A DNA stretch of 64,000 nt, from positions 19,654,995 through 19,718,994 of the forward strand of contig OZ037765.1 of the NCBI GenBank assembly GCA_964035545.1, written 5' to 3'. The position numbers were made by a program, and so were the translations under genes. Below, piece after piece: positions 25,801-38,127 of this stretch (the stretch's first letter is position 1; the number at the start of each line of letters is the position of its first letter). The notes below the pieces were generated by a model that did not search any database, was not told where the DNA came from, and saw nothing but the letters and a program-made list of their open reading frames with translations. Source of the DNA: Bugula neritina. Its lineage: Eukaryota; Animalia; Bryozoa.

Positions 25801-27224
25801 CTAATTTAAAATCTATAACTCAAGAACTTGTTGAGTTATTTTGTATTTTATTATAAGCACTGCAGGTTCTCATTACACACCTAGTTTTATTCAACAAATA
25901 TAACTATGTTAGGTTTAAAATAAAATGTTGAATAAGCTGCTTTATATTATATTAAAATTTCTTTATCTATAGACTAATTGAATAGTTAGGTGTTCCTTAA
26001 CTATCCATGGGCTTTCAAAGTGTCATTTAATTGGCTATAATTTACCATACATTAAAGAATCTCTGTGCAACACACTTCATTTATGCAGTACTAAAATATT
26101 CTTATATACCTATGTTAGTTTTCATTTGCATATTGTTTTAAGGTTGGATGCCTAAACAATTTTGTTTTATAATGAATTTTGTGCGAGTATGTACTGAAAT
26201 TATTTGGGATTGCTGATTGCCTCGAAATGAAATTTTCCGCTACTATAAAACTTATACTAATTATAGCTAACTTTCATTGCATGCTCATTGATATGGTTTG
26301 AAAGTTCAAAGTTTAAAGCTTCATTTCCAGGAGATCAGAAATCTCAAATCATTTCAGTACATACTCACACAAAGTTCATTATAAAACAAAATTTTTTAAG
26401 CATCCAACCTTAAAACAGTATGCAAATGAAAAGTAACATATATAAGAATACTTTAGTACTGTATAAGTGAAGTGTGTCAGGGATTCTTTATGCTATCAAT
26501 GAGCATATTTTAAATGCATTATGTTATAATCATCATTATTCTAATATGCTTTTATAGCACTTTTAACCAACTTACACACAGTAGAATATTGTAGTGCAAA
26601 ATTGTAGCTAATGATATTGTTTGAATACTACATTTATAATGTTTTAAGTACATGAAACCGTAATGATATTCAAAATTATAGGACGCTAATTGCAATTGCA
26701 TGTATATATAAACATGATGACTTTTACAAAAACATACTTCAAAAAACACACTTCATTTGACAACCATAATTATTATCAGGCTTGAACTACTCAAAAGTTA
26801 TTATCACAGTTTCCCAAATGTAATTTTAGAGAAGGGGTGTCTGCTATGTATGACATATCTTATGCTTGGCTGACCACAGAAGGATTTCTACTTTCTATCA
26901 TTATTTCCTTAACCTCTAGTCTGATTTGTAAGTTTACACTATCTTCCAGACACTTAAGTTCAATGCTTAGAGCTTCAACTTAAAATTAAGTAAAAAAATT
27001 GTTATTTTCTAAATTTATTCTTTTGAATATATATATATATTCTATTGCTTTATATTGTTAATTTCTAACATCTTGTGTTTTGTTTTGCAGTGAAGAACCG
27101 AAATCTTGTTTCAAAGGATCTTTTAGTTTCTTGTGTTGCCAATATCTCATGCACCCCACAGCTTTTTAAAAAGTATATCGACTATGGAAAAGATGAAGAT
27201 GATAGAGAAAGCACTAAACTGTAA
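16858..27224 (+). CDS. SLC5 sodium:solute symporter, NIS/SMVT/SMCT-like, copy B (587 aa, C-terminal STKL)
   Basis: join(16858..17048,17408..17567,17885..17950,18856..18907,19591..19658,21014..21168,21656..21811,22276..22405,23587..23675,24185..24368,25087..25204,25321..25483,26830..26927,27091..27224) = 1764 nt, open, GT-AG introns, same phases as copy A. Confidence 0.93.
19363..19566 (+). mobile_element. tRNA-Thr(AGT)-derived SINE in intron 4 of copy B
   Basis: tRNA-like head GCCGTGG..GGTTAGAGCG..TTAGTGAACACGAAGTC..GTTTGAAACCC followed by a roughly 130-bp body. Same family as the TSD-flanked copy at 47797..48005. Absent from copy A. Confidence 0.8.
21338..21402 (-). mobile_element. Truncated tRNA-like solo LTR remnant in copy B intron 6 (same in copy E at about 58884..58948)
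   Basis: ctggcttgcgagctggccgttaactattacatcacagggactactg...ctaca aligns with the LTRs at 43163 and 43381 and with the solo LTR at 47199. Confidence 0.55.
26056..26486. mobile_element. Foldback/MITE-like DNA element with roughly 180-bp inverted arms, TTAA-like flanks (Kolobok-like), intron 12 of copy B
   Basis: The left arm (agaatctctg..cacacttca..cagtactaaa..ttcatttgcata..gttttaaggttggatgc..ttttgttttataatgaa..gagtatgtactgaaat) is the reverse complement of the right arm ending gtcagggattct. Flanks are ttaa and ttat. Confidence 0.75.
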
Positions 27225-30200
27225 AATATCTAATGTCCATGTTATTGATTATTACATACTATTTATGTTGTCTGAATGTCTATATATTTATACTTTATGT
27301 ATACTAATTTATTTGTCTTTCACCAATTTGCCAACTTTTAAAGGGGTTTGGGAGCATTGCGGGTAGCTGGTATAGCTGATAATTATCTTAATAATCAAAA
27401 TTGCAACTGAATAACTTATTGAAAGACATTATACTTTCTCTTTATAATGAATTATCACTGTGTGGTAAAATGTGCTATAGTTTAATTTAGATACAACGAA
27501 TACATCTCATCAGACGCATGTGTTGTTGATATACTCAAAATGAGGCCAGCAATAATACAGTAAAAAGCAAACATGAAAATACTTAAATGCCATTCAAGTT
27601 TAATTTATTTATGTTTTATATACTTTATGAAAAATGCACATCTTTTAATACTGTTATATATAATGTCATTTGCCAGCCAACTTCGAAATTAGAGTACATT
27701 TAATAATTGATATGTCCCAAATGGTGGGTATTGTGGTTTTATGCTAAACTGCAAAATAATCATATATAAAAACCTTTCCTGTTTCAACATTCAACATTAA
27801 TTTATTGTATTTTGCAAATCATGTCTTTAAATCAAATTAGTTTTCTATTTGGCAAGCTAGGAGTAAGTGAACATAACTTGCAAAGCATTATCAGAAGACT
27901 AAGTCCATTCTGATTGGCTAATCTCAACCTCAAACCTTATATTGAATAACTCATTTCTGTGGATGTCATGTTTCATTTGAAAACTGAAGCTAGAGAACAG
28001 ATTTTGATTTATCATAAATTGATAGAAAAAAGTATTTAGGAGTAATTGTACAGCTTTAACACATAACCATGTCTATGATGAACACTGGGATATATTTCAA
28101 ATGGCCAGACTACCTGGTGTTTAGCTTGTCTCTGGTATTATCAGCAGCCATAGGATTCTACTATGCCTGTACTGGAGGGAAACAGAAGACTACTAAAGAG
28201 TATCTTCTGGCTGACAGAAACATGCATTGGCTTCCTGTTGCAATCAGTCTGGCAGTGAGGTGAATGATGAAATTCACTTGGTAGTTGTAACTATGAAGTA
28301 ATAATTCTAATTTATTTTCCCTCCGTTCAGAATGCATGCAAATTTTGCTGAAGAAACATCATGTTAACGGATGTTTTGTGCATCATTTCTTTGATTTACT
28401 TTAGTTTTCTGTAGTTTAAAAGAGTATTATAAATTAATGAAAAGCATAGAAGAAAAATTGGATTTATTACTGCAAAACAATGAAATAATTATTGTTGTAT
28501 TCCATTCCGCTAAATGTTATGCAAATCAATTTATCGCCTCTAAGTTTGTAAATTTATTAATCAGTTATAAATATCCAAAAAAGTTTTGATAAAGCTTGTT
28601 GTCCATGAATATTGAATCACATGTTTTTATTTTGCAGTTTCACATCTTCTGGCATTCTAATTGGTCTTCCAGCTGAGATATACACATTTGGTACAATATA
28701 CATGTTCACTTTGGTTGGCAGACCAATAGCTGCTGTTTTATCTGCTAAACTGTTTATCCCAGTGTTTAAACAAATTGGTTCTATCAGCCTGTACCAGGTA
28801 ATTTTAACAATAATTTATTATAAGCAATAATAAATTTTTGTCATTGTGTTTAAGTTCTCTTCAAGCATTTTTCTATAACATAAAAATGATAATCCATTAA
28901 AGTGTAAGTGAACTTATTGGCTTTAGAAATATAGAAATTGTTAGTGTGTATTGTTTTAATATTTGCTACTACAAGCACTACACAACACTACTTATGTATA
29001 TCATCATAACCATTAACCTTCTCTTCAATGGCATGACAAATTGTTTAGTTTGAACATTACACTATTGTATTCTGAAGCTATGTGTAATAACTCACAATAT
29101 ATTTTTTTGTTATCTAGTATATTCATAAAAGATTTGGCAGACTCTTGAGTATTATTCTGCTAGTAGAGGGATTCTTTTTATCGGTGAGTCATTCGAATAT
29201 TCAAGTTTGTGTTTGCTCACTTTCAATGCAACAAAACTAGTTACTCACCTACTCATTGAGTTTTTGATTATAAAAAGCTAATAGGAATTATCATCACAAA
29301 GCAAAAACTGTTAAAATTATGCATTTTCAAATTTTCAAGTTTCAAATTCTACTGCTGGTGCTATAACTATGATTTTCTCAAACTAATATCTTGTTTTGTG
29401 ATTCATACTGCATTTATTTTATGTTCTTCAAAAGTATGTTATATAATTTTATTAAGGCTGTCATAGTGCACAGAAATAACACAGCTCACAAAGAAAAATT
29501 ATAAATCAATTATTGATTTGAATACTGTAAACTAATGTAAAATTAATAAAAAAAAACTTCAATAATTGCCGTGACTGTTGAATGTTCTTATACTTTGAAT
29601 AGGTGTCACAACTATTTATTAAAGCTAAGTTGGCTATTTTAATAATTTTTTTAGCAATAAATATAGTTAGGCAAGTTGTTTAAAGCTTTCAGCCTGTCCT
29701 GATGACTTTAGGTAACTCAAATCATTAATATAATATGTGCTAAAAACCACTTTTTAATAACAGATAACTTATAGGAAACTTAGACAACAGTAATTGAATG
29801 AATATGCTTTGATTAAAAAGTGGATTACTTTTTCAACTGAAAATAGATCTTTATAAATTAAGATATTTCTGTTTCCCAGCATAAATACAAGAATTTGATT
29901 TGACTGCTGAAATTATATCATAAGCATATTGTACAGTTAGTAGGTTGCTACTAAACTATGGTATAAAAAGATAATCACCATGCAAAGCATATGTATTACT
30001 AGCATATAAGAAACACCAACTGTAAGATTTAGAAAAAGCTACTTTCACTTTTGCAGATGCTGTTTGGAGCACTAATAATTTATGGACCAGCATTAGCTAT
30101 GTCAGGAGGTGAGCTATAGTGTGGTAAAACAAATGTATTTGAACATATGTCAAAAACCACGGAGGTACAAATTTTATTAGCTGTGCTGTTTAAAGTAAAT

Positions 30201-30543
30201 GATCTACAAAATTAGCTGTATAATTTCTTGTAAGCGATAGCAAAAAATACTTGCTTATTCCTTACGTACCAGTATCATTTGGTGTATTAATTTGATGGTA
30301 GCACTTTTGTATGATGTTTTGCAAATCTCTTATCTTGATATATAAAACTTTAATCACCTTTTCGTAATAATGCAGGTACTGAAATATAAGCTATATGTTG
30401 CCAACAACCATACCCTAGCAACACCCTTTGTTTCACTGGTTAATAGTGTCTTATAGTGAGTAGGCAGCGCTGAGTACTTACTTACTTTGTAAGTAGTGTA
30501 GAGATCAAGCAAACCATCTCATGATTCAAGAATTAGTAGGAGA

Positions 30544-30756
30544 GCAGCCGTGGTCTAGAGGTTAGAGGCTTTGGCTTAGTAAACACAAAGTCACTTGTTC
30601 AGACCCCAGTAAAGGCCGTTGATGATGTTAGGAAGAGTATCAAGTCATAATTGCTCCTGTGCCATATATGAATAAGTCTTTAGCCCAATTTAATAAAACC
30701 CTTTCCATAAAAGGTTTTCTCACAGGGATGGCGACCATAAACTTCAGTGAGTTTTT
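30544..30756 (+). mobile_element. tRNA-Thr-derived SINE in intron 4 of copy C
   Basis: Same position and sequence family as 19363..19566. Confidence 0.8.
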
Positions 30757-32035
30757 AGTAGTAATTTTAATACTTTTTAGTAACTGGTTTGAACCTCTGG
30801 GTTGCTGTATGTTCCGTAGGACTGATTGCAATGCTGTACACAGTCTTGGTAAGTAGTATTCTATTATTTTCTAAACATATTGTATGACAATTCCAAAGAC
30901 ATTATGTAACTAATTTTAATTTATTCATGGCAATGCTAACATAGTTCTTAGGATTTAACTGGTTGCCAAAAGGTCTATAAGAAATATATCTTCAAGTAAA
31001 AATCTCTTGATTTTCAGTTTATGAAAGAATGATGGATCTACCTATGAGTGGTTGCTTAAAAAGAAGCCTTCTATAAAAAAAAACGTTCTTTTCAACTGTA
31101 TAACCGGTTGGCCTCAGTATATAATGCTGTCACCTTTATTCACCAAAATCCTTGTTATGAAATTCTGTAGTAAAGCTGATAAAGCTTATGACCTACTTTT
31201 GGCACAGCGAATTGGTCAATGACCTCAGAAACTATGTGATAACATAACCACAAACAAGATTTAAGATTAGTATAAAAAGCTGTTACAAAACTAATAAAAA
31301 TGCTATTATAAGTATCAAATAACATCGATAATAATAAGCATAGACAGAATATAATTTTTAGTGCATGCAATAATGATAACTAGCTGTCATGAACTGTTAA
31401 ATAGATGCTATATCGTTATCACAAGAGCATGAGTGTTATCAAAGTTACAATATAGTGATTATTACTTGTATGTGATGGCACAACAAATATGTATATTAGT
31501 TTCAAAATCAGCAATTAAGAGGTGCAGCAGAAATTAATGATAGATTTTGTAGATTAAACACTTTTAGTTACAACTGAAACTTTTATGCTTGTGTAAGCTT
31601 ATATATTATAAGAAGTGCTAAAAATAAAGTTTCACTTTTAACTGTAATAATGCATGCATCATTACAGCTCAAATTTTTGCTGAAAATATATCGTTTGCCA
31701 ATAGGTCATTTTACTTAATTTAGTACAAACTTGATATCTCTAGTTTTTAGCTATTTCTCACAATGTAGCTGCTATAATTGTATGGGTTTTTGCAGTAAAC
31801 TTATAAAATATTAACAAATACAACTAAATAAGCAAGGATGCTTTTAATTTGGCCTGATTTTCTATGTTTCTTCCTAACCTACTAGTGAATTGGGATTATA
31901 AGACCATGATAAAAAACCATCACAGTCCACACATATCTATTTAGCTCATACGACAGTTGCATTGCCCTTTAATTTTCCAGCACTCCCTTTCAGCCTTTGT
32001 TAGCTATGCATAGTTAGAATTAGCACATGAATTGC

Positions 32036-32038
<3 letters not shown>

Positions 32039-32066
<28 letters not shown>
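32039..32066. repeat. (AT)14 at the exon 6 deletion junction of copy C
   Basis: cctc(AT)14cacaggg; the flanks correspond to copy B positions 20828 and 21372. Confidence 0.95.
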
Positions 32067-32069
<3 letters not shown>

Positions 32070-33617
32070 AGGGACTACTGAGTTGTCTCAACACTACACA
32101 TCAGACATTGGTTTCATTGCTTTTATTTTTCTTGTGTTGTAATTGTATTATTCATGTTTTTTCGTTTAAAATTTGTACCTTTTAGAACAGATTTTAATGC
32201 AAAAGCTAATACTACTTTTAAAAAGATGATTATTTATTATTTTGCTTTTTTGAAAATGCTCACAGTATTTTATTTTATTATTCAATATTGCTAACATAAT
32301 AAAACATTAGTATTCAGTATTTTAATTTTTTTGAACTTTCTATTTTAAGGCCAACTAAATTTTTGAGTTTTGATCCTCGGAGTCGTCACACCTTATGGAC
32401 TCAAATCTGTAATGCTATATTGATCTACATCAGTGCTTATGGAGCCTCACCAGTTGCTATTCAGCGCATTTTGGCATTGAAACCTGGACCTATTAATATC
32501 TTTCTGTAAGTATTTTGATATAAAAATATAATGTTTAGACATAGTAGAATAAATTAATATCCTCCTTTACCATTATGCTTAATAAAATTATATATAGATG
32601 TTTAATATATATCATATATAATGTGATGATGTTTTGAATTGTAATCAAAAACAATGTTTAGAAAGTATAAAACAACGTTTTTCGTGATTATATAAAAAAG
32701 TTTACGTAAATAAATCCTAAACGATTGACTAATATTTAAAAACACCTGGCATTGATTTGAGAAAAAAACCTGATCTTAACCATTCAAACAATTAAATAAA
32801 AAAGTTATCTAATTGCTACTTTTTTGATAATCGTTTTCTCAACATCATATAAAAGTTAATTTGACACAATATGTTTAATAAAACAAAAATGATTAAAGCT
32901 TTTTTATTATATAATAGTAATAACTTTACATTAGACATATTATTATTCGACTAATAAGTATTATGTTTTCAATACTGTAGATGCTTCACCACTGTGCTAC
33001 TAATAACATTCTCTTTTCAAATAATATGTGCAGCTATTGGTCTCGTAGCTTTTACATACTACAAAACATGCGATCCAGTTGCCAGTGGAGTTATCTTCTC
33101 TAAAGATCAGGTACACTTATTCTTTTAGGATTACTATTTTTGTAATAATTGTATTCTACACTTAATTTGTCATTCTTATTCAGAAAAGGAGAGGCATGCC
33201 AAGTGACACTACATGTTTGCTGTGGTAGTAGAATTTGCTTAATGACACAATTTCACATATTTATTAGTAATAGCTCCTAAAAACTCATGTGAGTTTACAA
33301 TAACTATCTCTTTGAGAACCCTTAATAGAAAAAGTTTTTTATTCAAATTAAAGGTTAAAGATGTTTCTAATGAAGCAATTATGACTGAATGATTTTCTTA
33401 ACATCATCGTTGTTTGGACTCAAACCACTGACCTGGTATTTATTAAGACAGCACTCTAATGGTTTAAAAACTCAAATTAACTTTTCATGGCTATTAATTT
33501 ATACGTAAATTAATGGCTACAAATAAATGAATATACTTAACCCATACAAAAGCAATTTTTTTCTGGAACATCAATTTATGTATCTTTGTTACGGACCTTA
33601 GAAAAGGTTGAATAGTA

Positions 33618-34423
33618 GTGGTAACGAGGGCACAACGGGCGACTTTTGTGTTTTTTGCTCTCATTCTTCTGTTTTTTAAGTTAATAGTTCAATAATCTCT
33701 AGTCTAAATGCTGCATCTGTTGTCTATTACAGGTATCAGTTTGTTATTTCTATCTCTCCCACAATTTTCAGAATAATGAAATTTTCGTGACGAAAAAATC
33801 GGCTTATTGTGCCCCGGTACCGGGGTACAATGAGCCACTGGTGGGACACAACAAATATATTGAAACTTTGTTGATTTGGTTGCATCTGATCTTAATTTAA
33901 TTAATATGCACAAATAAATAAGAATACTCTTTCAGATCTACAGTAAAAATCATGTTTTAGCTGTACAGTTTGTACCACCACAGATAACGAGGACAGGCAA
34001 AATCAAACGCACATCACTCATTTCTACGGTACCATTTTCATTACCGTTTAGAACTAAAAGTGTTTTTTTCTATTTCCACTTCACAGGAACTTTCATTAGA
34101 AAAACTTTTAGTAACGTGTACTACAAAATTCCGAGTGAACTTTTTTCTATGAACTGAAGCTAAGGTGCATGGCTGAGGTTTGTGACTGGAATAAGGAAGG
34201 GGAGGGGGGAGGAAATGTGCAAATCAGAATTTATTTTAGTCAAATACATGTATAATCCCTCAATGATATAATTTATAATGAATATCATGACTATCAATTA
34301 GTAGCAACAGCAGAGTGTTTTGTATAATGTATAAAATGGCAAAGCTATAACCTCACCAAATTTATGTAGGCCTATTAGGGGAGCTTCACCTTGTAGTTTG
34401 GTAGTCTTACCATGATGTCTTTG
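33618..34423. mobile_element. Copy C-specific insertion of about 0.8 kb in intron 8, probable non-autonomous DNA transposon fragment
   Basis: Absent from copies B, D and E, where about 130 bp of other sequence lies at this site. Starts after a TA with GTGGTAACGAGGGCACAACGGGC and contains the palindrome GGCTTATTGTGCCCCGG-TA-CCGGGGTACAATGAGCC (33801..33836). Confidence 0.55.
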
Positions 34424-36648
34424 ATACTTTAAACGTTGAGATAATTCCATATTAGTCATTTATATTGCATAAATTGAAGTAAAGGGAGAGGATAACCCTT
34501 TATGAAATCTTACCAGGGAAATTGAACTCTACCTTTTTGTACAATTCACCTGCTGCAGACTACCTCTTTTCAGCATCTATTTAAGATATTCTAAAGGCAT
34601 AAATAAAGATGTTTAGATGGTAAAACTGGTTTATAGCTCCTACGCATTATTATGGTTGTGTGATATCTATAAAATTAAAAGCATACTACATAAGGTTTCA
34701 ACAACTGGTATGCTTTAAAATTGTGCAGCTCCTACTTGAATTTCATGGAAGCTAGTTGATTCAACTACAGCATTTAACTGCATTGCATTGTGGAAAAGTA
34801 TACACTATTTTAAAAACTAGTGATTAACTGTTAAATCTACTGCAAAAAGTTGACAAGAAGTAATTTAGGATCTAGGCAGTCTATAAAATTTACACTTAAT
34901 TGTCACAATAATATAATTATAGTCAGATAATTTAATGTTGTAGATTCAGCCGCTGTTTACTATGGAAATATTCCAGAACCTACCAGGTTTATCTGGTCTC
35001 CTAATGTCCTCTGTGTTTAGTGCATCTCTTAGGTGAGTTACCATCACATTAAACTGGCTGTGAACATGTGGGGACAATCTCTTGGATTTGTCTACACTTT
35101 GCACACAATCAAGTGATGTGACTTAGTCTTACAATAGTAAAACAACTAACTAGAATGTAGTTTATGTGCCATTCTCTTTATTTCGGTCTAAACATTTACA
35201 TTCTAAAATGTTTTTTCAACTTAGTTTTAGTTACATGGAGTAATGGTGGCAATGGTGGCAATGTTAATAAGCAGTTAGTTGATAGTAAATGTATTTCTAG
35301 CTATTTAAAGCCATAATATTATATTAATCTTTTTAAATGGCTTTATTTTCTTGTTGAGACTGCATCAGCAAAATTAATACTGGTTGTGCTACAGATATTT
35401 CATGCAAAATTAACAATCATCACTACAAAATAAATATTCTTTTCAGTATTTCTTTATTAAATAGGTGGTCTAGTATAGCTACCTATTCTTTACAATTATC
35501 ATATTTAACACTGGTATTAAATACATTTACTGTAACTGTAGCACAATTAGCTCTGGAATGAATGCAGGAGCTGCCATTATTCTACAAGAGGTTATCAAGC
35601 CACTGAAACCTAACATGTCTGACCGAAGAGCGGCAGTCGTTTGTAAACTACTTTCCACTCTCACTGGAATTGTCTCAATTTTATTTGTCATTTTCTTGAG
35701 GTTTTTTGGAAGTGGACTATTATCGGTAAGGCAACTAAATATATGCATGCATTCATTTTCAAATAAGCTTTTTTATTGGTAGAACATAACTTAATTAGGG
35801 ATTTAACCAAAAATTAATTTGCAAAATAGATTCGAACATAAATGTGTAAAAATCTTAAACGTAAAGTTTTCTTAAGAGTGTGTCACGTTTTGAGTTTCAA
35901 GTAAGTACAAATAATTCATAACATTTTTTTATGAAAAAAACCTTAACTTAAAAGAAAATGCATGATGTATAACTTTTCTTTTAAACATCGACTTGTCTTG
36001 ACAGTTGCCTGACACTTTTATTTAAGTTTTTTTAATTATAGCTTCTTGTGCGTAAAAGTATAATACTTTACATTTAGCACAGTGGAAGTGCGCAATCTAT
36101 AATAGAATGCTCCAAGTTATTAAAAAGTTGACAACTTTGAACAATAAAATGAGAACACTATTTTTATTTGTTCAGTTTCTGTTAAATGTATCCTGAATAA
36201 AAATTTGGGTAAAAGTAAAACACCTGAAATGTTTTAACTTGATCACCTAAATTTTTAAATATACTGGTTATATATTTTACACATTTGTGTCAACTTAGAG
36301 CATTTCAGTTAGAGCCTAAAGGAATTGCAAGCGCAAGTTGATCTATTTAGCAACTGTTTAATATAGTGTCCAAAACAGCAAATACTCTATTAATTTTAAA
36401 AGAATATTTACAGAAATCTTATCTGCTTGTTTGTAGGTAACTTTAGCATTAGTTGGTATAGCAACAGGACCATCTGTAGCTGCTTTTACTGTTGGAATCT
36501 TCTTTCCATTTGTTGATGGTAGATGTGCTGTAATTGGAAACGTTATGGCAACAGGTATGTTGACTGCAGTTTAGATAGTCAGTTCAAGCAGTATAAGGGT
36601 TTCTGGCATACATAAAACTGCTTATGCGTTTGTGCGTGTGTGTGTGCG

Positions 36649-37209
<561 letters not shown>

Positions 37210-37958
37210 ATGCCATTGTTATTTTTCATAGCCTTTGCTACCTGGTTGAGTTTTGGTGGACTAATCAACAAGCCATACGTGTATTCCTACCCTGTAACTA
37301 CAGCTGGTTGTAACATCACAGATGAGAATTTACTTGCTAATATATCATCTCCTGTATATGACCCCAGTACATGGAACCCTCAGTCTCACTACAGGTATAA
37401 TATCTATATTTTTTTTAGCTTCAACAATGGTATACATTCATATATTTGTATTATGTCTGATTATATGTTTAAATTCTATGTTACAAGTTACATATGGAAT
37501 ATATAAAACTAGAATCAACAAGGACTTGTTTCTTTTACTTTGACTTATATTAGTACTTACAGTGTAAATATTTTATTCACTCTGTCAATATATGTAGCCT
37601 TTAAAAATTATTATAATGGTTTTGTATACTAATTAGTTACTAACTGCATGTTTACTATTAGCTCACCACATTTTTAAACTGCGTGCCATTCAAGTCTAAT
37701 TTAAAATCTATAACTCAAGAACTTGTTGAATCATTTTGTATTTTATTATTTTATTATATTATTACTGCAGGTCCTCATTATTCACCTAGTTTTATTCAAC
37801 AAATATAACTATGTTAGGTTTAAAATAAAATGTTGAATAAGCTGCTTTATATCATATTAAAAAAATTTTATCTATAGACTAATTGAATAGTTAGGTGTTC
37901 CTTAACTGTCCAGGCTTTTAAAGTGTCATTTAATTGGCTATAATTTACCATACATTAA

Positions 37959-38127
37959 AGAATCCCTGACACACTTCACTTATATGCAGTACTAACATAT
38001 TCTTATATATGTGAGTTTTCATTTGCATACTGTTTTAAGGTTGGATGCCTAAACAATTTTGTTTTATAATAAATTTTGTACAAGTATATGTACTAAAATG
38101 ATTTAGAATTTCTTATCGCCTGAAAAT
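37959..38127. mobile_element. Left arm only of the intron 12 foldback element (copy C)
   Basis: ttaa|agaatccctgacacacttcac... matches the arm in copies B, D and E; the spacer and right arm are deleted. Confidence 0.7.

Noticed and set aside
27133-27366. Repeated ORF MLPISHAPHSFLKSIST... (also 38710..38970 and 53448..53681)
   Set aside because: Alternative frame of exon 14 running into the 3'UTR, with a non-ATG start.
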